A stretch of DNA of 64,000 bases, taken from Ylistrum balloti (lineage: Eukaryota). The DNA lies in NCBI RefSeq assembly GCF_031769215.1, contig NW_026782092.1:496001-560000 (forward strand). Direction: 5' to 3'. The notes beneath the pieces are model-generated. The model was not told the origin of the DNA. It worked only from the letters and a program-made list of their open reading frames with translations, and did not search any database. Position numbers and translations under genes: made by a program. The first letter of the stretch is position 1, and every line of letters begins with the position of its first letter. Below are positions 38,301-50,800 of the stretch, piece after piece.

Positions 38301-40401
38301 CCTCACAGTCACAAAGAAAATTAATTAAATTTATTTCACATGAATAACTTGGGTTATCATATAATTTCCTATAAAAATTACTTACTTCCTCCAAGATATC
38401 TTCCTGTTTAGTTAGAATATCTCCATTATCTTTATGCAATTTTGGAATTATTTTGGATGTGAAATTTCTGTTCTCCAAATTAAAGAAGTAGCTAGTTGGC
38501 TTTTCCCCCTCCTCCACCCACCTAGCTCTAGAACGAATCATACTCCCCTTGATTTTTTGTAATCTGATAGTTTCTAATTCTTTTTTCTTTTCCTCTAATT
38601 CCACTAAATCTACTTCTTCTAACTTCTCTAGTTCTTCTATAGACTTCTTAAGAATATTCTCTCTATGGTCTTGCTGCTTTTTCTTATGAGAAGAGTAGGA
38701 AATAGTTGTTCCTCTAATTTCCATTAACAAAGTTTCAAAAAACAACTGATCATTAATGGAAAACTGTAAATCATATTCAGGTATATTGTCAACATTATGT
38801 AGGTTATAAACTGGGAGACAGTACTGTTTCTTAACATTATCTATACAATTATTTATACAATTCAAATAATCTATATCTTGTAATAATGAGTTATTAAACT
38901 TCCATAAACCCCTCCCTTTCTTAAATTCATTAATTTTCAGTGTGATTTTAGGAAAAGAATGGTCTGTTTGATATCCTGGGTCTACACCTGAAAGATGGAT
39001 ACTAGAGAGTAAATTTTCTGAAACCAGAAAAAAATCTAAACGAGCTTGTCTAACTGGATTACTTTTCCTCCATGTATATCTCCTAGTTTCATCATGTTGT
39101 TCTCTAAAAATATCAATTAAATTAAAATTCTCTAATAATTCCAGCACTTTATTTCTAGCTCTAGGGTTGTTTATATTCTTGTAATTTTTATCATAATCAA
39201 GCTCAGGCTTTAAAACCAAATTAAAATCACCACACACTATAATCCTGTTATTGTTAAAAGTTTCAATAGCTTCAGATATTTTGTTATAAAAGTCTGGATA
39301 TCTTGGTTCGGGCCATATATATTAATTAAGGTTACACGAGAGCCTTCTATTTCCAAGTCCAGAGCTAAAAAATTACCTGTTAAATCCTTCCTTTCTCTAA
39401 AAACTTTTGTCTCAAAATTGTTATTCAGAAGAACAGCAACCCCCCTTGCATTTGACCTAAAGGAGTTAAAAAAACAATCATACCCCCATTCATTTCTAAT
39501 TAATTCCTCATTTTCACGTGAAAAATGTGTATCTTGTAAACAATAAATACTATACCGTTTTTCCCTAAGATATGCAAAAACATCCTTACGCTTAAAACTG
39601 TCTGCTAATCCTTGACAATTGGCCGAGATTACTGTCACACCTGTGTCCGCCATAGCGACGGTAGATAATTATCAGTTATCAAACAGCCTTCCATCCAGAG
39701 AAATCGAGAGAACAAGAAAGAATAGTGTTGTAAGAAAAAGGGAGAAAGGATTAGGAATATGAGAAAGGATAAAATCATAGCAAATATGGTTAAGGTCTCT
39801 GACTGCTACTAACCTGCGTACTATTATCTTATAACAAAAACAATTTAAAAGAAAGTACTTGTAGGCACGGAGAGATAGCAAGAAATCGTGTATACATCAG
39901 CCAACTCTACAGCCTTCCAAACACTGGAAGTCTAATAGTAAAAGACGGAGACCGGAGATGGAGTACCTAATAAACTAACCGGTAGCATCAATCCGGAACT
40001 GATATAAAATCATAAAAAAATATATATGTATTTTGTTTCAGCGCATATATAAAGAGAGAGAGAGAGAAGGGAAAAAGGGCATTTGTTTCCAATACATGGC
40101 CCTACATCTATAATGACAAGAATATGCATTACCAAATATATATTATATTTATACTTCAGTATCTACATGTATATATATATTTTTTTTTTTAATGAAATTA
40201 AAAATGTTGCGTCAACTTACCAGTTAATTAGCGGTATCCTGCTTGCTGCTCTCCTCAGTTATACAATCCACACAAACACATACACATTAATGAGACTATA
40301 ATACACATTACGATCGGCGGCACATATAATGTGCCATTAATGTCTGTTACCGACCGTTACCAAAAACACAAGAATTCACACAAAATTACTGTCATCTCAT
40401 C

Positions 40402-40432
<31 letters not shown>

Positions 40433-43400
40433 TGGTTCTGTTGACAGAAACCTTAAACAACCAACCTCCAGTTCCTTATAAAGTGAAGATGAAGGAAGAT
40501 CATTGTTCAGTAGATTACAATATGTGTCGATGCTCCTTGTTGTTACAGCATCTATGGCCTCCATTACTGGTCCGATGACAGCCCCAAACTACAAAAGATA
40601 ACATTAAGCAGAATATTTTTTTCTCCTAAAGCAAGTGATATGAACTATAGTTAAGATTACTTTTAATCTTTAATAAAAATGCTGAAGGAAACATGTGATT
40701 AATGCAATACCACAATGTTTATTGCCTTCTAACCTTTTCATACTTTGTTCGGACATGAGCCATTAATGTTTTGGTATTTCTCTGCACTTTTGTGTTCACC
40801 AACAAAATTCTGGTTTCTGGCATTCTGTAAAAAAAGGGAAAATATTTTCAATTGACTTTACATCAAATACAACAATTGAACGCAAAATTTCTTATTTTTC
40901 TGTATAAACAGACTTGGATTTTCACTAACAAGCTATAAGATATTTTCCTTACTTAAAGGATGTACTCCTTTGAGGTTTGACCAAAAGTAAGACAAAATTC
41001 AATATAAAATTAATTACAACATCATATCATATACTTTGGTATTCTTCTACATCCTGGTATCTATGGTCGTACATAACAACGGCAACTTTGATGTCAGTTT
41101 GAAGAAATTTCGCTTGTGAAGTACTTTTTTGGGTGGCTTAGTTGAAAGCATGATTCAGTTATTAACGTCAACAACTTCAGCATACTCTGGTCGCTAATTA
41201 AGAAACTTCACTATCACTCAGGAAACCTTTAGTAGATTTCAACTAAATTTTGTAAGAATTATCAAACACAAATATTTGGTGAAAACTGCATATATTCAAG
41301 TGCAACGATCCCACGCCCTCGTTTTTTTAACGTGGAAAATATCAAAGAAAATTTCTCAATCCAAACATAAAATCTTAAAAAAGTTCAATACTACAAGAAT
41401 GTCAGATAAAAGATTTAAGTCATTTTAGAACATTTTCATTTTTCAGTTGCTAGGCAAATTAAAGCTCGTTAAATGAAATGAATTCCTAGCATGTTTACAT
41501 TAATTTTCTTAATATCCATGTAACATACCCTTACCTAGTAAAGAAAGACAAAAAAATTATTTCAAAAAAGGTTGCCACGGAAGTAACAGGAACTAAGAAT
41601 AAGAAGATTTTTTGCTTTTCATCTTCTTTCTAAAGTAAAATTTTCAAAAAATTATCATCAGGAAAAACGTTTAATGCTGGATTTTTTTTTTTAGCTTCTC
41701 ATAGAATTACATCCTTAAAGTCAATGTGGTTTTAGGGTTCTGTTTTACCCTAAGTAAGAAGTGACTTAATGTTGATTCAGTCTTACCAATGGCAAGTGTA
41801 CATAAATGCTTAATTAAACAGGGTAGCAATTAACTCATTTCTAATAATCACAGAAAAAACAATCAACTATATTCACCAGATGACACTTACTGGGATAATT
41901 TGTCGATTTTTCCTTTCTTAAATTCTATAGCACCTCCTGTAAATAATAATAAAAGAAATCAAGGCGAAAAGATAGATAATAACAAATCCAAAAACGACAT
42001 CAATAAAATCATGGAAGGAAAAAATCAATATAAGACTTACCAAAGGTTGTGACAGAGTTGTCCACTCCTGACGGGTTTCCATGCATAATTTTTTCACTTA
42101 AAAATGCCCATTTATTGATGAGTTCAGTTTCATCATGTGACCAGGAAGACTGATCTAACTGGTAGCCTTCAGTATTTGAACTAGGTTTTGATTGGTGAAT
42201 ATGGTTTCCTAGTTGTAACAGTCCAGCTGCTAAACAAACCGAATAACTTGCTGAGGATCCCAGTCCAGCTCCAATAGGAAGCTCTGACTGTACTCTTACA
42301 TCTATGGCAGGAAGTGGGCACCTGCAGAAAAAATGATACAAGTAATTATTATATTGCTTTGATTGGGTCTGAAAAACATTAACAAAGTTCATTGCTTAGA
42401 CCTTTGAGAGTATGTTCTTGACTCCCAAAAATAAGTTTTGACTTTAAAGTTTTAGCAGACATGTACTTAATATGGATGAGGGGGGTCGTAGACTCTCGCA
42501 CATCTATTACCACATGTTAAAAAAATGTAGCTGAAATGACTACAGTACATTTTTACCATCTAGTTTATTTTTTTGTCTATAATTTATTTACCATCTCGTC
42601 ATACTATTTTCAACCTTAGTGTTCATAGGATTATAGTGTAGACAAACAAGCTGGTCAATTCTGTACCATCTTGTACACTATGGTAGTGCTAGAACGCTCC
42701 ACACTAGTCATTTGTCTGATGAAAGTGACTGTGTAGTCATTGAAATGTCACACTCTAATCTCTTACTGGTTGTGTTATAAGAACTTCTAATCTATATCAC
42801 CTGACTATTGAATTCAAGATTTACTCAATTCTACTTAAGTACAATGTATATAGCACTTCAATATTTCAATAAAGAAAATGTGGAAATAAAATGTTTGAAA
42901 TCTACCAACATGTTTTTTTTACGTACTTGCTTGCTCTAGATATTTCTGTAAAAAGATACAGAAAGGATGCCACAGCTAAAACTTGTGACCTCGAGGCATC
43001 CGCATCTAAACCGGAAGATTTTGTCAGTGTTTCTATGATTTCATCTGAGGCAGGAATTGGCTTGGTAATGTCTACTAGCAAACAAAAACAATATATCATG
43101 TACCTACAATGTAGAATCAGTAGATCAATGTGTAAGTCCATTTTTAATTTGTTCTCATCAACAGAGATAAAAATGTTACAATTTGAGATGGATCTGGATT
43201 GATGGGATCAAGTCAATGTCAACAAATTTATAGAAAAAAAATATTGCAAAAAAAAAAAAACAAAAAAAAAAAAAAAAAACCGAAAAAAAAACAAACAAAA
43301 ACAAAAACACACAAACAGACCAAACCAAAACTGAACAAACTACAAGATGCAAAGAAAAGATTTCAAGAATAATTGAGATGAATTAACCAAATTAGCTGAT

Positions 43401-43494
43401 CTGGAAGGAGTTGATTTGATATCAACTGCCAGCAGTTAAGTTCTTTGATAACCTCTTCGGGTACTGTGCATGTACATGTAAATGTATGTGTAAT

Positions 43495-43539
<45 letters not shown>

Positions 43540-43703
43540 TTTATATCAGAAAGACAGATCTAGTACATCAATAGCAATGCGTTAAATAAAAACAATTTTA
43601 TACAATTCTTTTTTTTTTTTTTTTTTTGTAATTATCTTTTCATTTCTATTTTAATGTACAATACACATCATCATTATCATCACCACACAATCACCTCTAA
43701 TCA

Positions 43704-43791
<88 letters not shown>

Positions 43792-43922
43792 CACTTATCA
43801 TCACTATAATCATCCTCATCACACCATCATTATGTATCAATCATCATTATCATCACATCACCTCCACTACCACCGCCAACTTCATCATCTCAAATCAAGA
43901 TCATTGTCATCATCACCACAAC

Positions 43923-43957
<35 letters not shown>

Positions 43958-44749
43958 CACCATGATCATCATCATCATTACAAATCAAGATCATCATCAC
44001 CATTTCATTATTATCATGATCCTTTTCGCCACCACCACCATTATACCCTCATCATCATCACAATCATAATTCTCATTCACTACATCACTACCACACCATT
44101 TCACACCTCACAAAATTCAGTAATCTTAACAGCATACATCAACTCCAGGGAGCAGTAACCAAAGATTTCAAGAGATGGTGTATTTAATATCAGAAATGCT
44201 GACTAAAAAAAAAGAAGACACAGATGCCAACAAATTTGTCAGATACGTATTGCACATAATTTACTGGACAGAAAAAAACAGTGAGAAATAGGAAAAGCAT
44301 TTAAGAAAAAAGATGAAAGATATTCTTAATATTGATTATCTAACCGAATGTACATGTAAACAAAGAATAGACTAACCATTTTTTATATCATTTCCTTTTG
44401 AGTAGATATCACGTTGTAAAGACAACCTAATTTCAATGTCAGGAAGATGAAGGTCAATCAGGTTGTCTGCCCTTTGGGTCAGGATCAGATACGTACGGAG
44501 ATCCAGACTTGCTGCTAGTGCTTTCTGGGCGAAAAAAAACACAAGTAAATTGTCATTCAGCAGTAACCAGCTAGTGATATGGGCAATCATAATGATTTAA
44601 ATATCCGATTGTTATGAACAAACTACCTACAGATGTACCGTTTACACTATTATAAAACAAAATCAGCAGTTACTTACCTTTCCGTAAACAACTGCATGTT
44701 CTCCATGTAAAATCACTTTGCCTGGAGCGGACACTGTTAATCTCCCCAT
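31946..44749 (-). CDS. MVK: Mevalonate kinase, 9 coding exons, 404 aa
   Basis: Exons: 44749-44678, 44524-44377, 43074-42927, 42321-42041, 41936-41891, 40824-40734, 40588-40466, 34271-34118, 32097-31946 (1215 nt, phases consistent). Motifs: [71 protein letters not shown]. Confidence 0.96.
33371..33849 (+). mobile_element. Non-autonomous Helentron-associated (HINE/DINE-like) element in the last MVK intron
   Basis: Starts aagaggcccagagggcc. It carries two internal repeats with tgaccttga/ggtcaaggtca and a (GACG/GACA) microsatellite, and ends in the hairpin agctcacttggccctttgggccaggtgagct-aaaaa. Confidence 0.75.
34985..40083 (-). mobile_element. L1/Tx1-clade LINE, 5'-truncated (no ORF1), in MVK intron 7
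   Basis: ORF2 is broken into 39653-39237, 39237-36985, 36971-36750 and 36783-35836. It has APE endonuclease motifs (NCQGL, CLQDTH, GDFNLVL, TDH), RT motifs ([28 protein letters not shown]) and a C-terminal C.LC....ET..H..W.C. A long (ATG)n-rich 3' UTR ends in an A-rich tail near 35020-35035. Candidate TSD tgtttccaat at 34975-34984 and 40084-40093 (uncertain). Confidence 0.9.
35019..35710 (-). repeat. (CAT)n-rich 3' UTR segment of the L1/Tx1 element, duplicated at 43608-44320
   Basis: Near-identical to 43608-44320, including the unique sequence aaattcagtaatcttaacagcatacatcaactccagggagcag...aagatgaaaga. Confidence 0.85.
43608..44320 (-). mobile_element. 3'-end-only copy of the same L1/Tx1 element in MVK intron 2
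   Basis: Direct repeat of 35019-35710, with a ~20-nt T run (poly-A on the minus strand) at its left end. Confidence 0.75.
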
Positions 44750-44838
44750 GTTTTACATGTGGATCGTAAAGTGAAACTAGCTCTTCAAATCGGAGGTACG
44801 AAAGTGCATTTCCGCTGATTTTCGGCTTCGCAACGAAC
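44750..44838. promoter_or_regulatory. Putative compact bidirectional promoter / shared 5' region of MVK and MMAB
   Basis: 89 nt lie between the MVK ATG (44749, -) and the MMAB ATG (44839, +). The region is relatively CpG-rich. Transcription starts cannot be seen from sequence. Confidence 0.75.
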
Positions 44839-47800
44839 ATGTCACTTTTTGTGACAGTTTATCGGCAAGCGTCAAGAGGCCTAGCTACGTATTCAAAACT
44901 GTTGGCGTGAGTATACTTAGCGCTATAAAAACTTACCCATATTTATCATTAAAAATAGGGTCTTGTTTATTCTTGAGCATGCGGTGTCCTGGAGATTACA
45001 CTATTCACAGAGCACGTAATTGTTGTTTACAGACGAGGTCATTACCGAAAAGACAGCCATTTACCGAAAAGACAACAGAATTACCGAAAAGACAGTTATT
45101 ATAAATATTACACTAATTTTACAGGTGATGAATGGAACTAAAACCATTCCAATCTCAATTCAAGTCATGATTTATTCAATCTTTGCAGTCTTTTAATGAC
45201 TTAGGGATATTAGGAGTTTTCCGTAATTTCCCATGACTGCAATGGCTGACGTAAGTGAAAAGGCTTTGGAAAGACAGTCGGTAGGCCTTTCGATATTATA
45301 CTTTTTGGTTGTTGTCTGGGACTAAAGCATCTAAAATCCTGACTCCAGCCATAATATAAAGAATATTTCCATTCCTAATGACTTCTCAGAAGTAGATTGA
45401 GGGGAGATATGATAAACGTTTTCAAAATTATGGATAAATTTCACGATGAAAAAGTCACCAAAGGCATGTTTGATCGAGACGAAAATTCTAAAACAAGAGG
45501 CCACTCAAAGAAACTGAAAAAGAAATCATGTAATCTGGACATTCGGAAATACTCATTTGGACTAAGAACTATAGACCTATGAAACAGTCTACCAGAAAAA
45601 GTAATCCAATCATCAACAATCAGAGACTTTGAAATTGATTTGGAGAATCATTGGAAAAATCTCGAACTGAAATTTAACCATCTGGCTCGTTGCAATTCAC
45701 TAATCGGAAGTGACTATATAATTTAATTGTATGATTATTATTGATATGGATATAGAGGCACTGTGTGCCTGCGTCCATTAAATATCCTAATAAATCCTAA
45801 TAAATCCAGAGTCTGTTTTCGTTTCAGAATTCCCCGTAACCACAATAGCGGAGGCAGGTGATTGACAGCTCAGAACTCCGCCCACGTTATGGCGATATCT
45901 GATGTTCAGAAATAATAATAGTAATAATATTTATTCCAGGGACGTATAATACAGATGTACAGACTTTTTTTATGTAGCGCATATAATGTATATAATTTGT
46001 AGAAAATACAAATTCTGAAATTTACTAAAATTATTGCAAATTTTGGAAACAATGAGATGCAGATATATTTCTACAATAAAATTTCAGTGTTATTGCATCA
46101 ACACTGCTGATGGAGAAATAGAAATGACACATTGAGTATTCATAATATTGATCAAATTGCAGCAATTTTATTAGATGGGAAATTACACTGAAAATGGCCA
46201 AATCATACTCATTTTTGGCACATGTCTGTACCATTTTAAGCATTGTGTTTTCAAAAATAAAAAAATCTAGATAAATAAATCGTAGATCAACCAATGCTGC
46301 AAAATGAGTCCTTGAAATAATTTATATTTACCTTTTAAGTGAACTTTTCACATCGAAATTTTGACCATGGAAACAGCAGTCTTTGCAGAAGAAATTCAGA
46401 GACCATTCTGACCACGATTTCAGCTGTAACATTGGTACACATTCTTGATGTATCCACTGCAGACATTTACTGCATTGAATTGTGTCAGAGACACATTCTT
46501 TTTTGCATTTCTTGCACGGATAACAGTTTGCCATACTGAAGGACACTGACAACCCATTCTCGTATGGCATTCATTTTATTAAAATTGGGATGAAACCATA
46601 AAAGAGCAAAAACAGATAGACGGAAATGCTTCCAATATAGTGTATATTTTCGCATCATGAAAAATTCATCTCTATCCGTTGACATCAATTTGATCATAGA
46701 CGAAATGTTATTGCAACAATCTGGAAAATACACAAGAAACAATGCAACCATTGTCATGAAATAACAAACTGACAGGTGTCATAATGGAAAAAATACTCTC
46801 AACAAGCAGAAAACAAATGACGGCAATTAGAAGCCATTGACAGTTGCAATGAAGCATGGCAGTTTTCATAAAATGATCACTCCATCGGTAAATAAACAAA
46901 AGAATCAACCCTGATTTGTTGAATGAAAATATCAGCAAAATGTAGGCGGAGCCTAGAGCGGTCCATCACGCTCGTCAGCCATGGCGGTAACAGAGAATTA
47001 CGGAATAATAACTAGCGTCTAATAGGTAATTAAAGACTGCAAAGATTGAATAAATCATGACTTGAATTGAGATTGGAATGGTTTTAGTTCCATTCAACAC
47101 CCGAAAAACTAGTGTAATATTGATAATAACTGTCTTTTCGGTGTCTTTTCGGTAATTCTGTTGTCTGTTCGGTAAATGGCTGTCTTTTCGGTAATTCGTC
47201 GTAGCGTAGCTGTCCAGGTCATGTAGTATGTTTATTCCGCGTGAGCAGTTTTCGAAGTAGGGGGTACTTGAGTCGGTATACATTCTTGTGTGCAATAGGG
47301 TCATATTTTGTATACTGGTAGTGATTCCTGTAGTATCTATATTTTGTATTGTAGTATATATATGTACTGGTTATGTACATGTGTGTAATATCTATCATCG
47401 CAAACACATCGTTAGTGTCACGTTTTATCTGCTCTCGTAACATTTTTACGTATTGGCGAGTGCGTCGCTTTGTGTAGCATATATGTATGTACTTGTGTAC
47501 GTGAGTAGTGTTCACTGACTGACTGGACACAAGACATTTGACAGACTTTGACGAAGGTGTTTGATTGGTTGAAAGTTTCTCCTGGGTATACGTCTTTTGT
47601 CTTTTACTATATCGGGGTACGTTTGAATCCTGGCTTGCGGGTAAGACAGATTTTCAAATGTCAGGTTCCTCGGGTTTTGTCTTTATTTTAAGTTTTCTCT
47701 TAACTTTATTTCTTTCTAGTTAAAGTATTTCTTCTAATATGTTCTCCCTGTTAGTGATGAGAGTTTGTATGAACAATATAATGCTCAAAGATATGTTTAA

Positions 47801-50800
47801 ACGGTAACTGAACGTTCAGGGAAATATTTGGAATCACGTGACCGGTCAAGGCAGGTGGACGGAATTTGTATCGCTCCTTAAAATCTTCGATTCTACAACA
47901 ATTCTGGTGAAAATTATTTCACCAGCCTGCAACACCTTATATGTAACAGTTGTGTGATTCCCGGAGAGGCTGTTGTTTGCTCGAAACCCAACTAAAATGC
48001 GAGTTATTTTGACTTAATTGACATTCCGTTGTATCAAACAGTGCTCACCTTACATCATGCGTATACATAAAAGTGTGTATACAATATATGTTACCTGTAC
48101 ACTACAATATATGTTACATGTACCTATATGCTCAGCTCTATATCTGACGGGGATATTTAGAGTGGACAATTAGTCCAATGGAAATGGCAGAAAAACATAA
48201 ACTTGTATCTACTTCAAGCTCTGACATGAGTTTTTGTGATACTGATGCTCCAAAGAAAAGCACCAAAAAGACGGTCAAAAAAGCAAAAACTGTTGTTAAT
48301 ACCAATCACCCTACCCTCACAGCCTTCAAATTTGATAATACACAACTTAAAAAACTTGGCGAAGGAATGATGAAAGCAATCACCAATCTTGATTCTGAAA
48401 TGAACTGTATAGATCAAAAGTTATCTGGCATAGTAACGTGGAGAGCTTAAAAGAAAAATTTAGTAAAATAGCCACAAAATCAGATCTCGTAAACGCCACA
48501 TCGGCAATTGTTGATATCCATTGACAATCTTATCCATAACTATGAAAAATAAAACACATCACCATCCCTCTTTTCGTATCTCACCACAAAATAGACATAA
48601 GGACAGTCATTATTTCTTTTTTGATGGTGGGATACTTCAATTTCCGATCAACTCTAGATGAGACATTATTCACACATGTGTAACTATTTATAATTGTACA
48701 TTCATGAATAATCTAATGTTGCTAATATTGTGATATTCACTATATATTACTATTGGTATATCATCATGTGTACACATAATTATGTAATACATGTACACTG
48801 TACACGAAAGTGTGCAAACAATGGAAATATCTCTTACATGTATATAACAATAATTATCTTAAGTATTATTGTCACTTCGTTCGATAAAATGGCACACGAC
48901 TCGACTAAGAATTGTACCATATGTATCTATTAATTATAATAGAATAGAGAGTGTCATGCATTGTTAAAAAAATTACAACAGATTTATTTATATGTTATAT
49001 TTTTCATCCTAGCTGCATGCAAGAGTTACTTCCCTTTTACATTATTGTATTGTTGCCTAAAAACTTCAATAAAATGCATTTCCTACTCATATACAAATAT
49101 GAATCTCCAAGACCCTGGCAGTTGGCAGATAGAATTTTTATGTTATCGACATTAAAGGACTAATAAAAATAGTAAACATTGACCTAGACTTATCAAATAC
49201 ATAAACATACACAACGAAAACACAATAATTGCAAGTAACAAGAATAAACAAGCTGTATTATTTTGCAGAGCTCAAAAAAATGAAGGAAAGAAGTTTCCAA
49301 AAATATACACAAAAACTGGTGATAAAGGTAAGCTATGACAGCAGTACTTTTTGTGGTGACATGTTTTACATTGTAGGTTAATTTCCAAACTATTTTCCCT
49401 TCTGTTTATGATATCTTGATCTTGTAAAACGGACAATGATCGCTTGGTGTGACAAGTACTTCCTTCCGTAAAGTACAAACAATATTGATAATTGACCTCA
49501 ACGACACCATTGATACACATGGGAAAATAACATAATAAAATGTAAGCCATACTTGTCTGAATCATGTGTAACAGGACTAGCTGGAATCAAGTTTAAACTG
49601 ATAGCCAGTCTATTGGTTAAAGTGTTCATCTATGGTTCAGAGGTAATGAATTCAACTTCAGGCCTTCAACTATATGTATCTTATCAGGTATGAGCAGTTC
49701 ACATCCAAAATACAAGTATCCTTTTGAAAATGTAAAGGTGGTTTGAAACAATTTCAGGTTGAGATGTTTAAATTAGTGTGATTATGTTTTCAAAGAAATT
49801 TATCTTTTTCGCACAAACAATAAATGAAAAATACACATACAAATACAAGTTTTCATAAACATCTGTTTTCCTTGTAAAGAAATGAAATGATCTGCCATCT
49901 TTTCTCAACACAAGAAACACATTTTCAAAAACACAAAACTGGTCTTCAATCGCAATTAATGTCACAGATTAGTACATGTGTTTTCAAAAAAAAGTATATA
50001 ATAAACACCATAAGCTCCATGCATGTGATTGAAATTTTGTACAATGCTTTCCATGAAAGTATGCTAATTATTTCAAATTTATGATCAAGGTACATCATCA
50101 ACATACACAGGAGAAAGGAGACCCAAAAATGATGTCATTTTTGAAGCTTTAGGATCGACTGATGAGCTTTCCTGTGCTATTGGGTAAGAACAAAGTCACA
50201 CACTCAGATATTTTAGAACATTTTCTTCAGGCTGGTAATGTCAAGAGACTAGAAGTAGAAAATTTGGGTGTGATGTTTCGATGACTACATAGTCATCTAC
50301 ATGAGTGAACTGACCAGTATAAGCACTGACTTACAAAATGTAGTGTAGGAGATGGTTAGAAATCAACCTATGTTTTCCCCTGGACTATAATCCTATGAAC
50401 ACTTAAGGTTGAAAATAATGTGACAAGATGATAAAATGTTACAACAAAAAGTACATAAGATGGTAACAATGTAATGTAGTTGATTTGGCTATGCATTGTT
50501 TAAATATTGATCTCATGTGACTATGTAGTCACTGAAACAACATTCTCACATGTTCTACCGGATATGTAATAAATGAAAATCTCAAGTGTTCAAGTGTTCT
50601 GAGATGCTTCTGTTAAAATCATGATTGAAATAATTTCAAGTCTGTAGTATTTCTAATCTTTAAGATATTGACTTTGGTGGAGTAGCTGTTAGTTTATTAT
50701 TTGTTTTTGATGAACTAGGGATAAAATCTGTGGTTTACTTATATATAAGAAAACACTTGGGAAAATTCTGTTGAAGGGAACTTCCTCACTGTTTGACTGC

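Larger units (their letters stand above)
45041..47195. mobile_element. Putative DNA transposon with ~210-bp terminal inverted repeats (MMAB intron 1)
   Basis: 45041-45251 is the reverse complement of about 46972-47195. The arms contain a triplicated ttaccgaaaagac motif and the stretch aatggaactaaaaccattccaatctcaattcaagtcatgatttattcaatctttgcagtc. No TSD was identified. Confidence 0.65.

Noticed and set aside
47521-47640. Candidate coding first exon of MMAB
   Set aside because: The frame needed to join exon 2 contains TGA at 47624-47626. Exon 44839-44906 has the right phase and a transit-peptide-like sequence.
50158-50175. CTGATGA hammerhead box, also CTGACGA near 7251
   Set aside because: Both lie in coding exons and lack stem II plus GAAA.
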